Shown piece by piece: positions 44,640 through 46,646 of a stretch of DNA of 46,646 nucleotides. The position numbers were made by a program, and so were the translations under genes. Origin of the DNA: a virus (taxonomy: Duplodnaviria > Caudoviricetes); the IMG/VR virus record IMGVR_UViG_3300048851_000078, positions 1 to 46,646 of that record; one strand, written 5' to 3'. The notes beneath the pieces are model-generated. The model had not been told where the DNA came from. It saw nothing but the letters and a program-made list of their open reading frames with translations, and ran no database searches. Within the stretch, counting starts at the first letter, position 1, and each line of letters begins with the position of its first letter.

Positions 44640-46331
44640 TTAATTGCCCAATCGGGCAACACGGTTTTTTCCTTGGCGCTTAGCCTCATAAAGCGCAGCA
44701 TCTGCAGCTTGAAGTAATTGCGCCTGGTCCGTCCCATTGAGCGCCGTTGAGGCAACGCCAAAGGATGCGGTCACGCCCAACGTATGCTGTCCAATAGTCG
44801 GGGTCATAGCTTCAAGCGAAGCGCGAATTGCCTCGGCACGCATCATGGCGTCTTCGAGGGCGCATTCGGGCAAGATGATCATTAGCTCCTCACCGCCAAA
44901 CCTGCACACCACATCAGCCCCTCTCGTCATGCTCATCAGCAAGGATGCGGTGCTGCGTAGCACTGCATCGCCGGCAGAGTGACCATTCATGTCGTTGAGC
45001 ATTTTGAAGTTATCTAGATCAAGCATGATGACACTAAGGGCGGAACCGCCTCGCCTGACTTTCGAAAGCTCACGCTCAAGGGTTTCCTCCATGAAGCGAC
45101 GGTTATAAAGCCCCGTAAGCGGATCTTTTATTGACTGGATCTGCAGGACCTGGCGCATACGCCCGTTCGCGAGTGCGAGGGCTGTCTGCTCTGCAGCAGC
45201 TTCTGCAAACTGTCGGCTGAGCTCCAGGTCTCCGTAGCCGGCTAGATACCGAATGTGCAAGAGTCCTAGTGTTTCGCCGTACGCTATCAGCGGTAGGCAC
45301 CAGTGGACATCCCCATCTGACTCTGGCGCGGAAGAGTAATGCGCGCATCGCAGTTCATGACGATGCTCTACCAGATGAGGATGGCCCCGACGTATGGCCC
45401 AACAATCTTTCGGTGCCATTGTGGGGTAGGAGGGAGCACGCGTTATGTCCCCCCAGCTCGCTGCCGGCAGAAGGACGTCGGCTGAGTTCCTGTAGAGGTA
45501 CAAATCACCGGTGCTGCCCTCCAGGAGCTGTTTGCAATAATCGCTTGCTAACTGCAGCGTTTCCTCTTGGCTCATCTCCGTTTGCAGCAGTCGGGCCATC
45601 TCGGCAAGCAGGCCTATTTCCGTGTTTCTCCGCTCCAGATGTTTCAGACTTTGGTTGAGACGGGTGCTTGAGGAAACGACTTCAGCTGCTGACTCGGCTT
45701 GACGCCTGATGGTCCTGCGCATTGACACGTAAATAAAGCGACTGAGTACGAGCGTAAGCACGAAGCTTGCGAAGGAAATGGCAACTGCCCAAATCAGGTT
45801 CTTATTCAGTTGGTTGTCCAGCGTAGCGACCTCATCAATTTCAGATTCGATCATGTCGACGCTAATCTCGCGCACCTGGTCCATGAGATGTTTCCCGTTG
45901 CCGGTGGAAACCTCCGCCGCAGCAGCAGATGCGCCTTGCGCGCTGCGGAGCTTTACCACCATGTCCAGGTGGCCCAGTTTCATCATGGTGCGCTCGATGA
46001 ACTCTTCGACCCGCGCTAACTCTTCAGGCGGGTCGTTTTTGTACTCCGCGCGAATTTTTTTGATGGCGCTAGGAAGTTGCGAAGTCGCCAGATAATAGGG
46101 TTTCAGGAAGCTATCGTTCCCTGTTAGCGCGTACCCTCGCTCGCCCGTTTCCGCATCCACAAGTAATCCCTGGACCGTTCGGATACTGTCAAGCTGTCGC
46201 TCAACCAGGTTGCGTTCGTTACGCGTCTCGTTCGTCCAAAACAGCGTAAAAGGGCCTACTGCAGCTGTCACGGACATCACCAAGGTGGCCGTCGCTGCTG
46301 CGATAAGAAGATGGGGTGTGCGGTGGGGCAT
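44640..46331 (-). CDS. Diguanylate cyclase: TM-CHASE3-TM-GAF-GGDEF
   Basis: 'LVDAETGERGYALTG...FL.PY' CHASE3; 'DPLTGLYNRR', 'DLDNFK..ND..GH..GD', RxxD I-site RGAD, active-site GGEEL. Confidence 0.93.
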   Translation of the reverse strand: MPHRTPHLLIAAATATLVMSVTAAVGPFTLFWTNETRNERNLVERQLDSIRTVQGLLVDAETGERGYALTGNDSFLKPYYLATSQLPSAIKKIRAEYKNDPPEELARVEEFIERTMMKLGHLDMVVKLRSAQGASAAAAEVSTGNGKHLMDQVREISVDMIESEIDEVATLDNQLNKNLIWAVAISFASFVLTLVLSRFIYVSMRRTIRRQAESAAEVVSSSTRLNQSLKHLERRNTEIGLLAEMARLLQTEMSQEETLQLASDYCKQLLEGSTGDLYLYRNSADVLLPAASWGDITRAPSYPTMAPKDCWAIRRGHPHLVEHRHELRCAHYSSAPESDGDVHWCLPLIAYGETLGLLHIRYLAGYGDLELSRQFAEAAAEQTALALANGRMRQVLQIQSIKDPLTGLYNRRFMEETLERELSKVRRGGSALSVIMLDLDNFKMLNDMNGHSAGDAVLRSTASLLMSMTRGADVVCRFGGEELMIILPECALEDAMMRAEAIRASLEAMTPTIGQHTLGVTASFGVASTALNGTDQAQLLQAADAALYEAKRQGKNRVARLGN

Positions 46332-46646
46332 CGTCGACTCCAATGTGGTTCACATGGTTATCGGCTCGCTGAGCGAATAGCCGAAACTATTCGCGCTAAA
46401 GCTGCTGAACGGTCAGGAAGGGGAGTTTCGCCGAAGCCTCGGCCCATGTCCGACAGGGCCGTGTGATCTTAGACTGCACGCTGGTCCAATCTAATCTACT
46501 AACCGATTTAACCTAAGTTGCTGCATGCAGGCCTTTTAGCACTGATAGAAGGGGAATTCCGTGGTCCACCGCCTGCTTAACTCAAATACTGATCCGCAAC
46601 GCATCATTTGCTCTTTGCCGCTGGCCCGCGATCTGCAGCACGTTCT

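Larger units (their letters stand above)
5528..46646. mobile_element. Lambdoid siphovirus-type prophage integrated at ssrA; right end not in window
   Basis: att site plus int/xis, immunity, replication, Q, lysis, cos, head and tail modules in canonical order. Recognisable phage genes end at about 44221; no second att copy was seen. Confidence 0.92.

Noticed and set aside
46400-46646. Right att site or a gene at the window end
   Set aside because: No copy of the 28-bp core and no identifiable ORF

Overview
Pseudomonas-like chromosomal window dominated by a lambdoid (siphovirus-type) prophage. Its left boundary is a displaced 28-bp copy of the tmRNA (ssrA) 3' end at 5528-5555. No second att copy or intact ssrA is visible, so the element probably continues past 46646. 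Left of the att site are an autotransporter, a small acidic ORF and a Schlafen/AlbA_2-ATPase-wHTH gene containing six 11-bp tandem repeats. The prophage carries two morons between att and int, then int/xis and a very compact left operon (stand-alone LuxR-type HTH, C-terminally extended CsrA/RsmA homologue, small ORF). These are followed by a LexA-boxed DUF1654-like gene, cI/cro with 14-bp operators, a BRO antirepressor, initiator/DnaC-like/DnaB, a second intact tyrosine recombinase, Q, further morons, holin and spanins. A lambda-like cos precedes lambda-like head genes and tail genes (G/GT -1 frameshift, tape measure gene split by a +1 frame break), an endolysin displaced to the far end, and a CHASE3-GAF-GGDEF diguanylate cyclase. 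The most interesting leads are a possible phage-borne Rsm/c-di-GMP host-reprogramming set, the second recombinase with att-like architecture in its own 3' end, the 11-bp repeat frame switch, and candidate structured RNAs in the late leader. All family calls come from motif recognition by eye, not database searches.
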